From Schmidtea polychroa (taxonomy: Eukaryota), in the NCBI GenBank assembly GCA_044892525.1, contig CM097885.1, positions 29,018,001 to 29,082,000 of the forward strand: a stretch of DNA of 64,000 nt, read 5' to 3'. Shown here in pieces: positions 40,480 to 54,742 of the stretch. Made by a program: the position numbers and the translations under genes. The notes under the pieces were generated by a model that worked only from the letters and a program-made list of their open reading frames with translations, was not told where the DNA came from and ran no database searches. Numbering within the stretch: position 1 is the stretch's first letter; every line of letters starts with the position of its first letter.

Positions 40480-42066
40480 TTTTAAGAATGAGGAATGATT
40501 GAAAGTTTGCATCATTAGTTCGAATACTAAGTATGAATTCTGATAAAGATTTCAATAAATATGTTCCTTTTTGTAAGTTACATTCTTTGCTTTGTAACGA
40601 TTTATTGGTGGCATTGATTCTTTGCAATAGCGTATTCCAAAAAATCAATAACAGAGCCGTCTCTAAATCTTCAAAACTGCTATGTAATTTTTTCGCCTCA
40701 ATTTTCGCTATGGGTTTTTCAGATGGGTTAATACAAATTTCACCAAGAACAGTTTTTATGGAAGAAAAATTCATTCTTACAGTTAATACAGCTTCAGCTC
40801 TAGATGACCATCGAGTGTCGCATATACGTTTTAAAGTATGGCTTAATGTTTGATCAGTATTCATTAGCTGATCCCATCTCTTTGTCGAAGAGGAAAAAAA
40901 AACAAACAAATTTTGAATAAAATCAAAGAATCTAATAGCTTTAGAAGAACATTCTGCTGCTGTATTTCCAACTAAATTTAAAGAGTGTCCTGCGCAAGGT
41001 ACAAATTCAGCATTTTTGCTGTAACATTTAATTTTGGCTTGGAGACCGTTATAAATGCCTGACATGTTCGCAGCATTATCATACGTTTGTCCCCGGAAAT
41101 TATTAATGTTTAACCCTAATTCTGACAAGGCGGACAAAATCGTTTTTTCTAAATATGTTGCATCATGATATTCAATCGAAATAAAACATATGAACCTTTC
41201 TTGAATTTTTTGATCCAGATCTACGTACCTGATAATAATAGTTAACTGGTCAGTATGGCTTGCATCAGGCGTGGAATCAACTATAAGAGCAAAATAGTTA
41301 GCTTGTTTTATTTCATCAACAATGGATTTTTGTACGGTTTTGCCCATAAGTTCTATAAATTCATCACACGTACTTTTAGATAAATAATTAACATGCCCAC
41401 TTCCGCAATTACTGTATTTTTCTAAGTGAACCTAAGTGAACAAAATTCAAACAATAAATGAAATGAAATTGCATATGCATTTTCTGTTTTGGAAAAGAAA
41501 TATACAAAATACAAATACAAATTCAAAGCTTGCTTGGTTGTTGTTTTTTCCTATTTGAATTTTTATATTTCTATTTTGTGTATCATATAATTTTATTTTG
41601 TATTTAAAGGCCTACTAATTTTATTTTGTAAATAAAAAGTTTAAAATCTGAAATGCTACGGACTATTGATTTTTTTGTTATTTTTTTTTTAATTTTTCAG
41701 AGTTTAAAACCTATTCGTGGGGCCTCAAATTCAATTTATAAAATAAAATTAGTAGGCCTTTACAAAATAAAATATATTATATTCAAAATATAAAAATTCA
41801 AACCTTGCTTGGATTTTGCTTTTATCCTATTTGTTATTTTTTCCTTTTTGAATATGTGCAAATTCTTTTACTTATAGAAATTGAGGCTCCAAAAGGTTTT
41901 AACTCTGAAAATTTTAAAACTGTTAAAGTTTAAAATCTGAAATGCTACGACTTTGTTTTTTTTTTTTTTTTTAAAAATTATAATTTTTTTTTTGGATTTT
42001 GTAGGCTCTTATAAATCCGAGGCCCTAGGCAAATGCCTAATCTGCCTACAAATAAATACGCCGCTA
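40480..42066 (-). mobile_element. Truncated ZMYM1-type hAT element with an open 294-aa transposase segment (ORF 40463-41347)
   Basis: FALIVDSTPDASHTDQL, RGQTYDNAANMSG, CAGHSLNL and CDTRWSSR motifs; GC-rich terminus ...aatacgccgcta at ~42066. Confidence 0.88.
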
Positions 42067-42179
42067 TTTATTGTCTATATTAGACTTTTAATAAATACAA
42101 TGGAAAAGAAATCAATAGTGAAATTTGAAAAAAAAGTTCTTATAATATTAATAATTGTTTCAAAAAATATCGTTTTAAT

Positions 42180-42868
42180 AATAACGCGAAATTGGTTTCC
42201 ATATAACGCTATGTAAGTAAATATGATTTGTCTTATTTCTATAGTAGATGGGGGGTTTAAATTATGTAGGTCAACTCAAAAATAAGTAGGTCAACTGAAA
42301 AATAAGTTTGTCAACTCAAAAAAAAAGCATTTCAGTTGACATACACATTTTTTTAAAAATTTCTACGTTTTTTGAATTGACCTACATAAAAACTCTGAAA
42401 TATTTCGTGTAAAATGATAGAAAATTATAAAAAATTATAAAATTTGAGTTGACCTACTTAATTTAAAAAAATGTCTAAGTTTTTTGAGTTGACCTTCATA
42501 GAAACTCTAAAATATTTTGAGAAAAAATCTTGAAAATTGTAAAAAATTATAAAATTTCTGTGGAAAACCCTTGAAAATTATAAAACTTTTGAGAAAAACC
42601 TCGAAAAATATAAAATTCTGAGAAAAACCCTTGAAAACCGTTGAAAATATTAAATAATCTTAAAAAATTATAAATTTGGAGATGACCAACATAATTTAAA
42701 AAAAGAAATTTTTCCCCCGGGGGTATATGATTTAGCGGGCCCCTAACCACCTACTCTCTGTTTCATATAACGCGATCTCCATAAAATGGATTTACAAAAT
42801 CGAGTTTCTTATAACACGGTTTCCATATAACCCGGTACAATTCAATCGCGTTATAGGAGAGTTGACTG
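42180..42868. mobile_element. Tigger-like MITE remnant with a nested subrepeat-rich element (~42243-42755)
   Basis: Right end cgcgttataggagagttgactg+TA resembles the MITE end at 20165. The nested part has agtagatgg / ccacctact ends and repeated ggtcaactc / gagttgacc units. Confidence 0.55.
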
Positions 42869-45020
42869 TAATTAAAAGATTATCATTATTTGAAATACTT
42901 TTTAAATAAAATAATAATAATCTTTTAACTATTATTATTTTATTTACAATTTGAACTAAAATAAATTTTGGAATTATGAGTGAAGAGTTATGTGCTATAG
43001 CCTCTAATATCTATTATTCTTGAAACTAAAAAATCTAACAAAATTGCTTTGATTATCAATATTTTGGTTAATCAAAAAATAAAAACGAATTTATTTATGC
43101 ATGGAATGTGAATTAAAACAATATTATTTTAATTTTAAAAATTTTATAAAAAATTAAAAAAAACAAAAATATTAATAAAAACAAATAAAACATATTTTAA
43201 CCCAAAATCACCAAAGTTCGAAAAGACGTTTGAGAATGATTTAAAAGCGATTTAAATGTTAAATAACAAAAATTTAATTTTTGATTAATGAAAATGAGAG
43301 AGACAGATAACAGGGCTCTTCAGTTTCACTTATCTGGCCCCGATTGTCACTCTTGTAGTCAAGTTAACATTGTGGATTTGTAAGTTGTCTGCTGGATTTG
43401 AGTTGATCTAAAAGATCTGATCATTTAATGCATTTCAGAAAATATCTGGTCAGATTTAGACAATTCAAGTGTTATTGAATTTGATCCATTGAAACTACTC
43501 GTAAATATAAAAAAAAGAATCTCATTATTTACTCGTAATATCATGGTCAAATTGAGAATATGATTAATAAATAAAACAAACAATTTTCTTTTAAATTTGC
43601 ATTTTACATAAATTTTGTAGAATATATTTGATGAAATATGTAATTTATCAGCATTAAAAATGACCAATTTATTTTGCAAAGACGACAAGTCCATTTTTTT
43701 CTTACAATGAGATTTTAAAAGATTTGGGTTTCAGTAAATTTTAAAATATTGACAAGCTCTAGCATCCAACATTTCTGTGTTTTGTAGTTATAGATAATGC
43801 AAATTTATTACCTGTGGAATAACCAATAAATGTAAAGCGATTTATTCATTGCGAAAGAAATATCTCCAACTAATCCATACACCTTTTTTAATCACTATAT
43901 GCCTCTTTTGATATCTAGTTATAAATAATTAATCCACGATTCGATATAGATTTATCTGCGCCTTTATTGTCGGCACCGTTGCTAATCCGTTTTTGTCTGC
44001 GCTGTTCTGCCACGTCTTTATTGGCTGATAGCCGCGGAATTATATTTACTTGGCATATTGAACGGCCACATGATTTCGGATTTTATTTGGTAGTGAAAGT
44101 CTGACTTGATTTGGAAATATAATTCCAAGTGTAAATCGAATTTTGAATTGAAATAAAAATACACATGGAAAGCAGGTTGGAATTTCGACAATTTTAAACA
44201 AAACCCATATTTCAATTTAATCCTATCATATTTAATTTAATATATTTTAATAAATTACCTCAATATAATTTAGTTAATTACAATAAATTCTTAGTTAATT
44301 CATTTATAACCAGTCGATTATCCAAAAAAGTTTTAAAGAAAATAATAAGTTTTGCCATATACTTGCCTCATTTTCAAAAGGAACCGCTAACACATTGTTA
44401 CAAAATATAATACATGAACGTAAAATGTATGCATCAGTAAACATCACAGTTGCATGAGTTTAGTGGTGACTGCCGTTCATCTCTTGTTTTGTGAGACGGT
44501 CCATATTTTGATTCATTGTCCCGCTTTGTCTCGCTCTTTGAATACTGTCAGTTTTGCAACTTAAATGACATCAGTATGTACTTACTAGCATTTTCAGATA
44601 AACCATTTATTTCAGAGTGATATCAGGTCCATACCTATGCATTTAGGTAGTTCTCTGATCAACCTTTCGACTGATCTTTCAAAAACCATCATTTGTTCAG
44701 GGATTTATATTTATTGATTTCAATTGGGATATTTTTTGTTATTCTCAAAAATCCGATATACACATTTATTTATTAAAAAATTAATTTTATAAATTTTAAT
44801 ATCGTTATTTTAAATATATACTTTAAATATCCATGATTCCATTATTTTATTTAATATTTCCCCTTTATTGGCATTATTTAGTAAACATTCAATAATGTAT
44901 AACATTTCACAGTTAACAAATATTAACAAAATAATTACACTTTACTTTTGATATCATCAGCTTAATCTTTTATTTTTTTGGTCATCTTTGATCTATTTCA
45001 TTTATTTATATTGCTACTAT

Positions 45021-45163
45021 TATAAGAACTTCTTTCGATTTTCACATATGATTTCTTTTCAATCGGCATTGAATTTATAAATAAATCGATTATGAACCAA
45101 TAATGATATCGATGTATTTGTGATATTCACGAATTTTCGGCACTGCCTTTTTCAAAATGATTT
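45021..45163 (-). ncRNA. Repeat family H1 copy with hammerhead-like motif at 45127-45160
   Basis: Minus strand UCAUU-UUGAAAA-A-GGC-AGU-GCC-GAA-AAUU-C-GUGA; about 140 bp shared with 54601-54742. Confidence 0.6.
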
Positions 45164-45221
45164 CACTGCTACTTTTATAAATATTTATTTTTTTAATATT
45201 ACTTTCTCTTTATTTTACTGT

Positions 45222-45327
<106 letters not shown>

Positions 45328-47216
45328 TAATAAATGGTAAATTAAATGTCAAGCAATAAAATTCATAAAATAATAAAATATATAAATAAATAGAAATTCG
45401 TTCTGTCAAAATGCTACAGAATCGAAATCCGAGATATATTATATATGAATTAGATATGAAATAGATGAAAATATTTTATGTCATTCAATTTTTGTTTAAA
45501 TTTTAAAAAATATTAAACTGACTACAAATAGATGTGAAAACATTTTTGCTATAAATAGATTTTTCTGAAAAATAAATGTGAATTTTGCAAATTTATTACC
45601 CTATTTTACGATGCATAAAATTTGAAATAAAGTTCTTTGAATAAGCCAAATCTGTTTATTTATAATTTTTCGCATTTCATAAAATCCCCCATCATTTTCA
45701 ATCTGATTTATTCGTCTTTACGCTTTTTTTTGATCATACCTCTTCTTCCCTAAACGAAAAATATTTATTTTTCAATTTTAATTAATTTTTACACTTGAAT
45801 TTTAATTGATTTACACTCAAATATTTTCGTGATCAAATTTTGTCTGTCCTCACTTACATGACCCCAAAAAATAGAATTTAATTTTTTTTCTAATATTTAT
45901 TTGTCAAATATTTTTTTTTCACAAAATGAAGTCAAATGTCAATTTCATTTTATCAATATAAAAAATGATTTTGTTTGAAATTCGTTTTTTTTCAAGTATT
46001 TTTGGAAATCCTTTCGTTCCGAGAAGACTCGATGCCAATCATTGCAGAGATTTTTTGAATTTTTCTTGTTCGAAATTAAATTTATTTTCCTAAATGAATA
46101 ATTCATAAATATGTCAATGGATGAAGGATGATCAAATGTTAAGAGGAAAACATTTAATTGATGATGACATTTCATTGTTGGAAATATTTTTTAGAAATAG
46201 TTTATTAATTATATTTAAGATAAATTTTATTTTAATTTAATTTATATTTAAATTGCCTAATTATGTTTGTATATTATATATTATATATTTTTGTTGGAAC
46301 CTGCCGATTACAAATGACTTTTTTATGTGTTCAGTAAAACAATCAAATATTTGTTTTATTGATATTAAATTTCAACAAAATATTATTTGAAAAATCGATA
46401 AGATATCACATGGAAATTGTTAAGATTAAAACGATTTTTGGCATTATAAATTTGTTTTAATCATTAAACATAAATAATCATTTTCGTGCATGATTCAAAT
46501 AGTTTTAATTTAATTAATAATTGATATTTTATAATTACTTTAAAATCGCTAATTATTGAATTTATTTAAAAAATTTGATATTTATTATTTTAAGGACTTG
46601 TACTATATAAACATCTAAAATTAATTTTCTGTGATTTATTTTAATAAGACAAAGGGAAATTTTATTAATATGAAGAAATTTATAAATTGAAATAGAATTG
46701 TTAAATTTTCTAATCAGAATTTATGATTGACTACATTAAATATTCTAATTAAATATTAAATTTAATTAATTACACTTGTCTCATTAGTGATTGTCAGTGT
46801 TCCCGAAATTTAGTATTTTTAAGACGATTGGCTTTTGTTTCCTTTGGGGGTAGAAGGTGAGGGTAGAAGGTGGGGGGGGGGGGGTGTTGAATACTCCGAT
46901 TCCTGGATTGTTTTTTTGATGAACACCTGGTTAAGTAGTAGCTCTAGCATTGTGTATATGTACAGTACGAGTCTTTTACAATCGTCTGTAGGTAAAATGC
47001 ACCCAAATGAAATGAAAATTAAGACTTTAAATGCCGAAATATATATAAGAACTTGGTCAGCAATAATATACAAATAAATTTCAATGAACTTCATAAAATT
47101 TCATAGTTGAAGTGTTCATGTGCCTATATTGTTAGGGACAGACTCTTAGCCTTTAAAATATTATAATCGTAGAAAGACCTATAATGACGTCGTGATAATT
47201 TAAAAAATAAATAATT

Positions 47217-47862
47217 TATTGGGTTTTTATTTGAAAATCGGTTCTCTCTCTGACTCCTCGTGTTCTTATTCAACCAAAATAAATCAAGCCCAACACTGAA
47301 TAATTTTATTCAATCTTTATCACAATTACACTTTGCACTATTTGCACCTTTCTCTGATCTCCTGGTTTCTGTGCTTCTCTCTTTTCTTTTTCCTATTTGA
47401 CCAACTGGCGGCTTGCTTATTCTTACTGTTTCTGAGAGGCCAATTATTAAGAAAAATGCGTTCAATTATTTCCCCGGGAAATCCTAAGTCAATATTTGAG
47501 GATTTTCAGAATTTTATAATTTGTTTACCTTTGAATAGGGCTCAAAATATTCAATCTTTTATCTTATTGCACGGTCTCACTGCGCATCGGGCTTCCTTCA
47601 GCGCTCGAGATTCCCATTGGCTCGTGCTTTCCATTACAGATTAATTAATTTTAATTAATTTGTTTTTTCGTATCAACTTTCCCTGTGAACATTATAGTTT
47701 CTGAACTCGTCTATCAATTTGGTGTTCAACCATACCCGATACCCCTCTTCAATATTGATTTTTAGTAAATTTTAATTAATTTTGTACTTTTATTGATTTT
47801 ACCCATTTTTGTTATGCTTTCCTTCTATATATGAAATTTTTGGTTTTTGCGCTAACCCAACA
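47217..47862 (+). mobile_element. Solo LTR (family A)
   Basis: tattggg...cccaaca termini; the 3' ~300 bp closely match ~10200-10490. Confidence 0.75.
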
Positions 47863-50219
47863 TATTAGATAAATATAATTTATATAAAGAGGAAAAATTA
47901 ACAAAAATAGAAGTAGGTCATAAAATATTCATAGTAAACCAAAAATAAAAATTATAATAATCAATTTATAACCATTGTGTAATTAAAGAGGAAACTAATT
48001 AGAACCCGAATCAAATAAAATACTGACTAAGAAAGGATGCAAGGACTAGAGCTCAAACCAAAATAGAATAAATGTTATTATTATGTGAATTCAGAATATT
48101 ATTACCTATCACCAAAACTTGTTGCCCCGAATAGAAAAGTATTAATTTGGATTATAAGAGGGCAGAAACAGCTAAGCTTATTATGCGGAATATAAAATCA
48201 AGAATAAAACTGATTGGAGGAGAGCGAAAAACTGGAGAATTGCGTAACCAATAATTTTGTTTGAATAATCAATAACCAGGGAAAGTATGTTTGAAGAAAA
48301 AGAAATAAATCAAATGAATTACAGGAGATCCTAATTTTGGGGAATAACGGATACAATTTTATCCGGAAAATTCCAGCTTTGAGAAGATTGTGGATCTGGA
48401 TAGTTAATTAATTGACGTCTACGATTAAATAATTAATAATTTTAGTGTAATAAATTGATATCTGAATAATTTATAAATTAATTATTACTCTAGGATACAT
48501 AGATATCCTGAAATAATAAATTAAATAGTATTGCAATCGTATTATGCCCAAAGTCATACGACCGATTTTCATGGAATCCAAAAATTAGACTTTCTATTAC
48601 ACTTCTGTTAGTTAACATAACGGAGCTCGTTGCTTCAACTTCAGTGCGGCTCTCACTAAAAGTTAAAATCCATTATTTTATTATTTCACAACTTTTGTTT
48701 TGCTGAATCCTTGTAAATTAACTAAGTATTTTGGTATAAAGATTTAATTTTTATTGTTTTAATAATATCTATGGATCCGCCGATCAAGATCTTGAATGAT
48801 CTCTTTGTAGGCATAAATACAGATTGTAAATTTTAATTTTTAAAAAAGCACTTTGAAGACTAATTCATTTCATTTATTAGGAACACAATATATAAAGTAA
48901 ATATAAATAAATTATATATATTATTTGAATTTTATCATTGATGTCAGTTTTTTGTATTTAGATCGCCCCAAAATTCTGATCTTAACATTATCTTGTTTTA
49001 TTTTATCCATATAAACAAGTTAGATAAACAAATTTTAAAATAATTATTATTATTAATTATAATTATTTATTATTAAAAGAGACCTAATGTAAATAAAATT
49101 AAAGTAATAATTAAAACAAAACTTTTATAGTTTAAATTGATTATTAAGTTTTAATTTAGAAATTAATATATATTTTATATTTAAAGTTGTGTTTTAAAAA
49201 GTAAATTTTTACGAAATTAGTTTACATTATAATTTAAATTAAATTTAATTTAGAATATAACATATTCCTTAGTTTTGGATATTAACGCAACAATTATCAA
49301 TATATCCAAACCCCTCATTGTGAACAACGTGGGTTCTGAATATAATGGATATAATAGTTCTAAAACGTGAGCCTTTCTTCTTATCCGTATTCCTTTGTGG
49401 GTAGATGATCTTAGTTGATAACTCTTAAATGTGACTACAGTATTTAATGTGGTCGACGAAAAAGATTGAGTAGATAGGGGTCTTCATAGATTATTCCACA
49501 TTATAAAGTATGAGCCTTTTCGAGAAATGTCGAATTTCCACAACTTCCCCGACCATAGCTTGTCTCAAATTCGAAATTATGCATTGGATAGTACTCATTT
49601 GAAAGTAATGGAATCACATCTCTTTGAGTTTACGATGCGTGGTTTCCTTCTTATCCACTTATTTAGCCTACATTTTAGGTAACTGATAAGCTTCTTTCTA
49701 AAATCACAATCCCCACTCTCATTGAGTGGCAGTTGATCTTACAACCCGGTTCCTTTTGTATCCGAAAAGGAATATGAACAGATAATTATTTCTGACAAAT
49801 ACAACAATATTTCATGAGGGGAGGGGGGGGGGGGTTAATTTATTTTTGAAATGAAAAGAAATTGTTTTGTTTATTTAAAGAGTCACAAAACTGCAGAACG
49901 AAGTAATATATTTACCGGAATATTGGTATTTTAAAAAATAGAGATTTTATAAAAACGTTTATTCATATTAAAATGTCTATTGCCATTTATAATATAAAGC
50001 TGATATCTTTAATAAACAAATTCAATTAACGAAATCAGATTATTTGATTTCAGTAAAACAAATACAATAAATAAATTATGTTTTACATAAATAATAATTT
50101 TACTGAAAAAGCATAAAATATTCTTACAGAAAGAAAGATTATTTTTACAAAACAAAACTATTGAGAATAATTTTAAAAAAGTTTGAATTCCAATTCTTTC
50201 ATACAGTTTCAAACGATTC

Positions 50220-50302
50220 TCAAATCTTATCCAATTCATCAGTCGAAGTATCCATAAATTGAAACGCTTCTGAATCATACCATTTTTTATTCAATGGAGA
50301 TC
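50220..50302 (-). CDS. Unknown single-pass membrane protein, terminal exon (SPLNKKWYDSEAFQFMDTSTDELDKI*)
   Basis: tgtttcag| acceptor; phase 1 matches the upstream donor; ends at TGA. Confidence 0.6.
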
Positions 50303-50310
50303 CTGAAACA

Positions 50311-50467
<157 letters not shown>

Positions 50468-50479
50468 TTATCATCTCAC

Positions 50480-50636
50480 TTGTACTAACTGGTCTAGGAC
50501 CAGATTTCAATCCATTTGGAAGGCTTTCAAATTGGTCTTTTCCCTCTTCGTTTAAGTTTGTATCAGATGAATGAACATGAACGTTTGGTGGTTCAGAATT
50601 AAGTTTTGAAGCGTTGGTTGGAACTATTTGGTCTGT
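50480..50636 (-). CDS. Unknown single-pass membrane protein, cytoplasmic exon (TDQIVPTNASKL...GPRPVST)
   Basis: catttcag| ... |gtgaga; 157-bp open exon, phase 0 to phase 1. Confidence 0.6.
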
Positions 50637-52159
50637 CTGAAATGAATATTATAATTAGTAATCTGAAGATTTGTTTTATTTGTATTTCTTTAAATGTTTT
50701 CTGGTGTAAAATCAGATTAACAATGTTATATTTTTCCACTGTGACGACAATAAACGGTTATTGAATTCAGGATTTGGTGCATCAAATATATATTTAAGAA
50801 GTTTCTTGGATAAATCGGAACAAGGCGTATCGAAAAATGATTTTATGCTTTAATGCAGTTTTTTTATTACTATGCACATAAAAGGGTTTCAGTTAGATAA
50901 TTAGGGTGTGCTCCAGAAGACATAGGGAAATGAGGATAATTAGAATATTTTGTAACACTGAATTTCTGTCATTTTAATTAGAAAAAACTATTTTTTTCTG
51001 TGAGTTACATTTTTCATTTTTTGTATAACTACATATTTTTAAAAAGTATGTTTATATTATTTGCTGAAAAAAAAGAGGGGAACCAATTATATAATATTTT
51101 TGAATTCGGAGATATTAACATAAATTATGAAAACCGATGCCAACTTAATGAAAAATTGTTTGCATTATGCCTTACTTTTTATATCACATCATTGAATAAT
51201 TTAAATAATAAATTTTTTAAAATATTTTAATTTTTAAAAAAATTTTAAAAATTAGTAGATTAACATTGAAATAATTATCAAAATATTTCGATTCAATTTT
51301 ATAGCACATTCCATTTAAAACTTTGTTTTTTGTTGATTAATATTATTTTTATGAACCATATAAAAACTGAAATCTGTGTACAATGATTAAATTAGGTAAC
51401 AGTTTCAGGCCACTTCCAATTTAAACACAAAATTAAATTGAGATAAAATATCAAATAATAAAAATTTATAAAAAATTCAAAAATTAGAAAATATTTTTCG
51501 CAAAAATTTTAATTTGTAAAATTTATTAAATCTAAACATAAAAATAATCAAAGAAATATCTCAGATAAATTTATTTCTATTTAATAATTAGTAAGATTGA
51601 TTTAATATTATCTTAGTAATTAATTATTTATCTAAATAAAAATTTCTAAAAAGTCTCCAACAAAATTCTTTCATAGTGATTTTTCTAAAATATTACATTA
51701 TTTAAAACAAATCGCAGTGCAAGATATTTACATTAAACAAGTAAATTGAAATTATTCACAATTTTTCTAAAAAATTCACAAATTGAGAATTTTTTTTATT
51801 CACAAAAATTTGTATTTAACAGAAATGTGACACACAATATTCCCATATAACTATTGTTCGAAATGGGGAATGAGATCTATGCCATTATTCTTTCACTGAT
51901 TTGAACGAGTATAGTAGATATTTTAAGCCATACTTTCTTTTTATTGGTAAGAATTCTTTAAATAACACGTTGACGATTACGCCAGTCATCCATGACTAAA
52001 GCTTGTCTTATCAATATATTCTTCCTAGGTATCCGTGACTGGGACTACTTTTTTCTTTAAGAATGATAAAAACAGTGTACATATATTCTTTTAAAATGTT
52101 TTTAACTATATAGAGAAAAATTATATTTTGACTCTCAATGCTAAACGTGTAAGACATAT

Positions 52160-52991
52160 TGTTGGGTTTTTAATGTAAGTCGGTACTACGGTCTGACTCC
52201 TTTGTGTTCTTTTCAAAATAAATAAACGACCCAACACAAAATCTTTATTAACACTGATGCAGTTACACTTTTACACTTTTATTAGTTTACTCACACTTGA
52301 TACAATCAGGGTTTGTCTGCACTTTTCAATTTGCCAACAAATCTCACGCAGGGGTAGATTTTCCAACGGGAGATGTCCATTTCTGGTACGTTCGATTTTT
52401 AAATTGTTTATTTTCTACTAACTTTAATGTTTCCTTTTTCGCTCTCGTCAAACTTCTATTTTCTTTTCTTCGAACAACTGGCAGTTTTGTTTTCTTGCCA
52501 GTTGCTTTTATACCCACTTGGTAATTGACTTTATTTTGGTAAATTAGTTTGGGTCTAACTTGCCCCAAACATCCTCTTGTAGATCTAATTCAATTTAAGG
52601 GAATTGCCCCTTTTTCTTTGACGGCTCTTGTCACTTTTATTTTATTCGGATAAATTAATTGCCTTCCCAAAATTGGATTGCTAATTCAAGTTTTCTCAAT
52701 TCGCTCGGGTTTTCCATTGTCTCGGGTTTCCATCAGCTCGGGTTCTCTATTAGTTAATTAATTTTTAATTAATTTTTGTTTTTTTGTAATTTATTTCTTT
52801 TTGGGACACCCATTGATTTTATTTTATTATAGCTGAACTCGTCTCATTATTTAGCATCCACCCATACCAGTTTCCATTTTTAAAATTTTTGATTTTTAAT
52901 TAATACTTTGTACTTTAAATTTTTATTTTGAATTTGGTGTCTTTTATCGATTTTCACCTCATTTTTGTGCCTCTCCTGTTGAACCCCAACA
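52160..52991 (+). mobile_element. Solo LTR (family A)
   Basis: tgttggg...cccaaca termini with perfect 4-bp TSD ATAT. Confidence 0.88.
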
Positions 52992-53426
52992 ATATTAACA
53001 TATTATTATGTGACGGTTAAATATTTAAACACTTACTTACATTATAAATATAATAATCTATTTTTAAAAAAGATTCAAATCATTTATTTTTACAAACATT
53101 GATAACGTTGATTTATATTTTTAAAGAATTAATTTAAAATTTTCGCTTGTACTTAAAACAAAAATCAGATTAGTTTTTTTTTCCTTATTAAAAACTTCAA
53201 TTTAAGACTTATGTTAATTTATGATATAAATATCTTACCCAGCTATAGTAATTTAATATTTTATAATTGTTAAACTTGTAAATTTGTAAATTATATTTTG
53301 TAAATGTTATTTTGTAAATTCTTGAATTTTATCATTGTTTTAAAAATCAAATATGTGATTAATAAACAATTATGAAAATAAAATATGCAAGCGTATATTA
53401 AAAATAAAATTATTATATTATTGAAG

Positions 53427-53589
<163 letters not shown>

Positions 53590-53606
53590 TTATTATTATT
53601 ATTAGT

Positions 53607-53766
53607 ATAAAGTGATAATTTAAGCCTTTTGCTGTGAATAATGTATTTAATGAAAAAATTTTAGACTATAAGATAGTCCTTGTCAATCTCCTGGGACTAC
53701 CTTATAGTCGAAAATTTTTTCATTAAATACATTATTTGCAGCAAAAGACTTAAATTATCACTTTAT
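53607..53766. repeat. Long inverted repeat (~73-bp arms, ~14-nt spacer) of repeat family H2 within (ATT)n
   Basis: Arm 53607-53679 is the reverse complement of 53694-53766 with about 5 mismatches; a single-arm copy lies at 58228-58320. Confidence 0.9.
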
Positions 53767-53768
53767 TG

Positions 53769-53898
<130 letters not shown>

Positions 53899-54367
53899 AA
53901 TTTCAAATATTATGGGTATTTCTAGTAGATGAAAATACAAAAAAAAGTAATTATTTAATTCTAATTCAACATGCCAGTGAAGAAAGTATTAAATTGAAAC
54001 ACATAGGGAAAAAATCAGAAAATCTTTCATCGCTAAATTTTAATTCCCATTTTATGAATTGCAAATAAATATTTTTAAATTACTAAAATCTGGATTAATT
54101 CTAAATATTTATTTCAAAACACAATCTTGATAGTCAATATTATTATAAACTTTATAGAGGTTTTCTTTTAGATTATTTTAATTAAATAAAATAAAAAGGC
54201 TTAATATCAGTTAAATACAATTTTTAAAATTCAAAAAAATTGTGATAATTTTAAAATGATAAATATAATTAATAAGAAATTATGTTTAATTTTCATTTGA
54301 TATTTCAAGCCTAAAAATTTCAAATAATAAATATCTTAATTTGTGATTTAAATTAAATAAATTTAAC

Positions 54368-54502
54368 CTCTGTTTGAAGTTCTGCTGTAACGGATGGAGA
54401 TTTTGTTTTCTTCTTTATTCCACACAAGATTAAAGCGATACTTAATATGCTCAAACCAAAAATTGCAGATCCAATGTAAAAGGTAATTAACAGATTTTGT
54501 TC
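54368..54502 (-). CDS. Unknown single-pass membrane protein, transmembrane exon
   Basis: ctttcag| ... |gttaaa; 135 bp, phase 0/0. Encodes EQNLLITFYIGSAIFGLSILSIALILCGIKKKTKSPSVTAELQTE (TM helix plus basic stop-transfer). Confidence 0.7.
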
Positions 54503-54527
54503 CTGAAAGCAGTTTATAAAATTATTA

Positions 54528-54600
<73 letters not shown>

Positions 54601-54603
<3 letters not shown>

Positions 54604-54742
54604 GAACTTTTTTTCCAATTTCACCACTTATTTTTTTTCCATTGAATTTATTAAAAAGTGCTTAAAGACTATGAATCAGTGATGATATCGATGTTTTTGA
54701 TACTCACGAATTTTCGACACTGTATTTTTCCAAGTGATTTTC
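54601..54742 (-). repeat. Repeat family H1 copy with degenerate hammerhead-like motif (54704-54737)
   Basis: Matches 45021-45163; 3' end abuts (AAT)n on the minus strand. Confidence 0.6.

Noticed and set aside
45945..49800. Scattered exon-like open stretches (~46000, ~46950, ~48600, ~49500)
   Set aside because: I could not build a phase-consistent gene model or recognise any domain.
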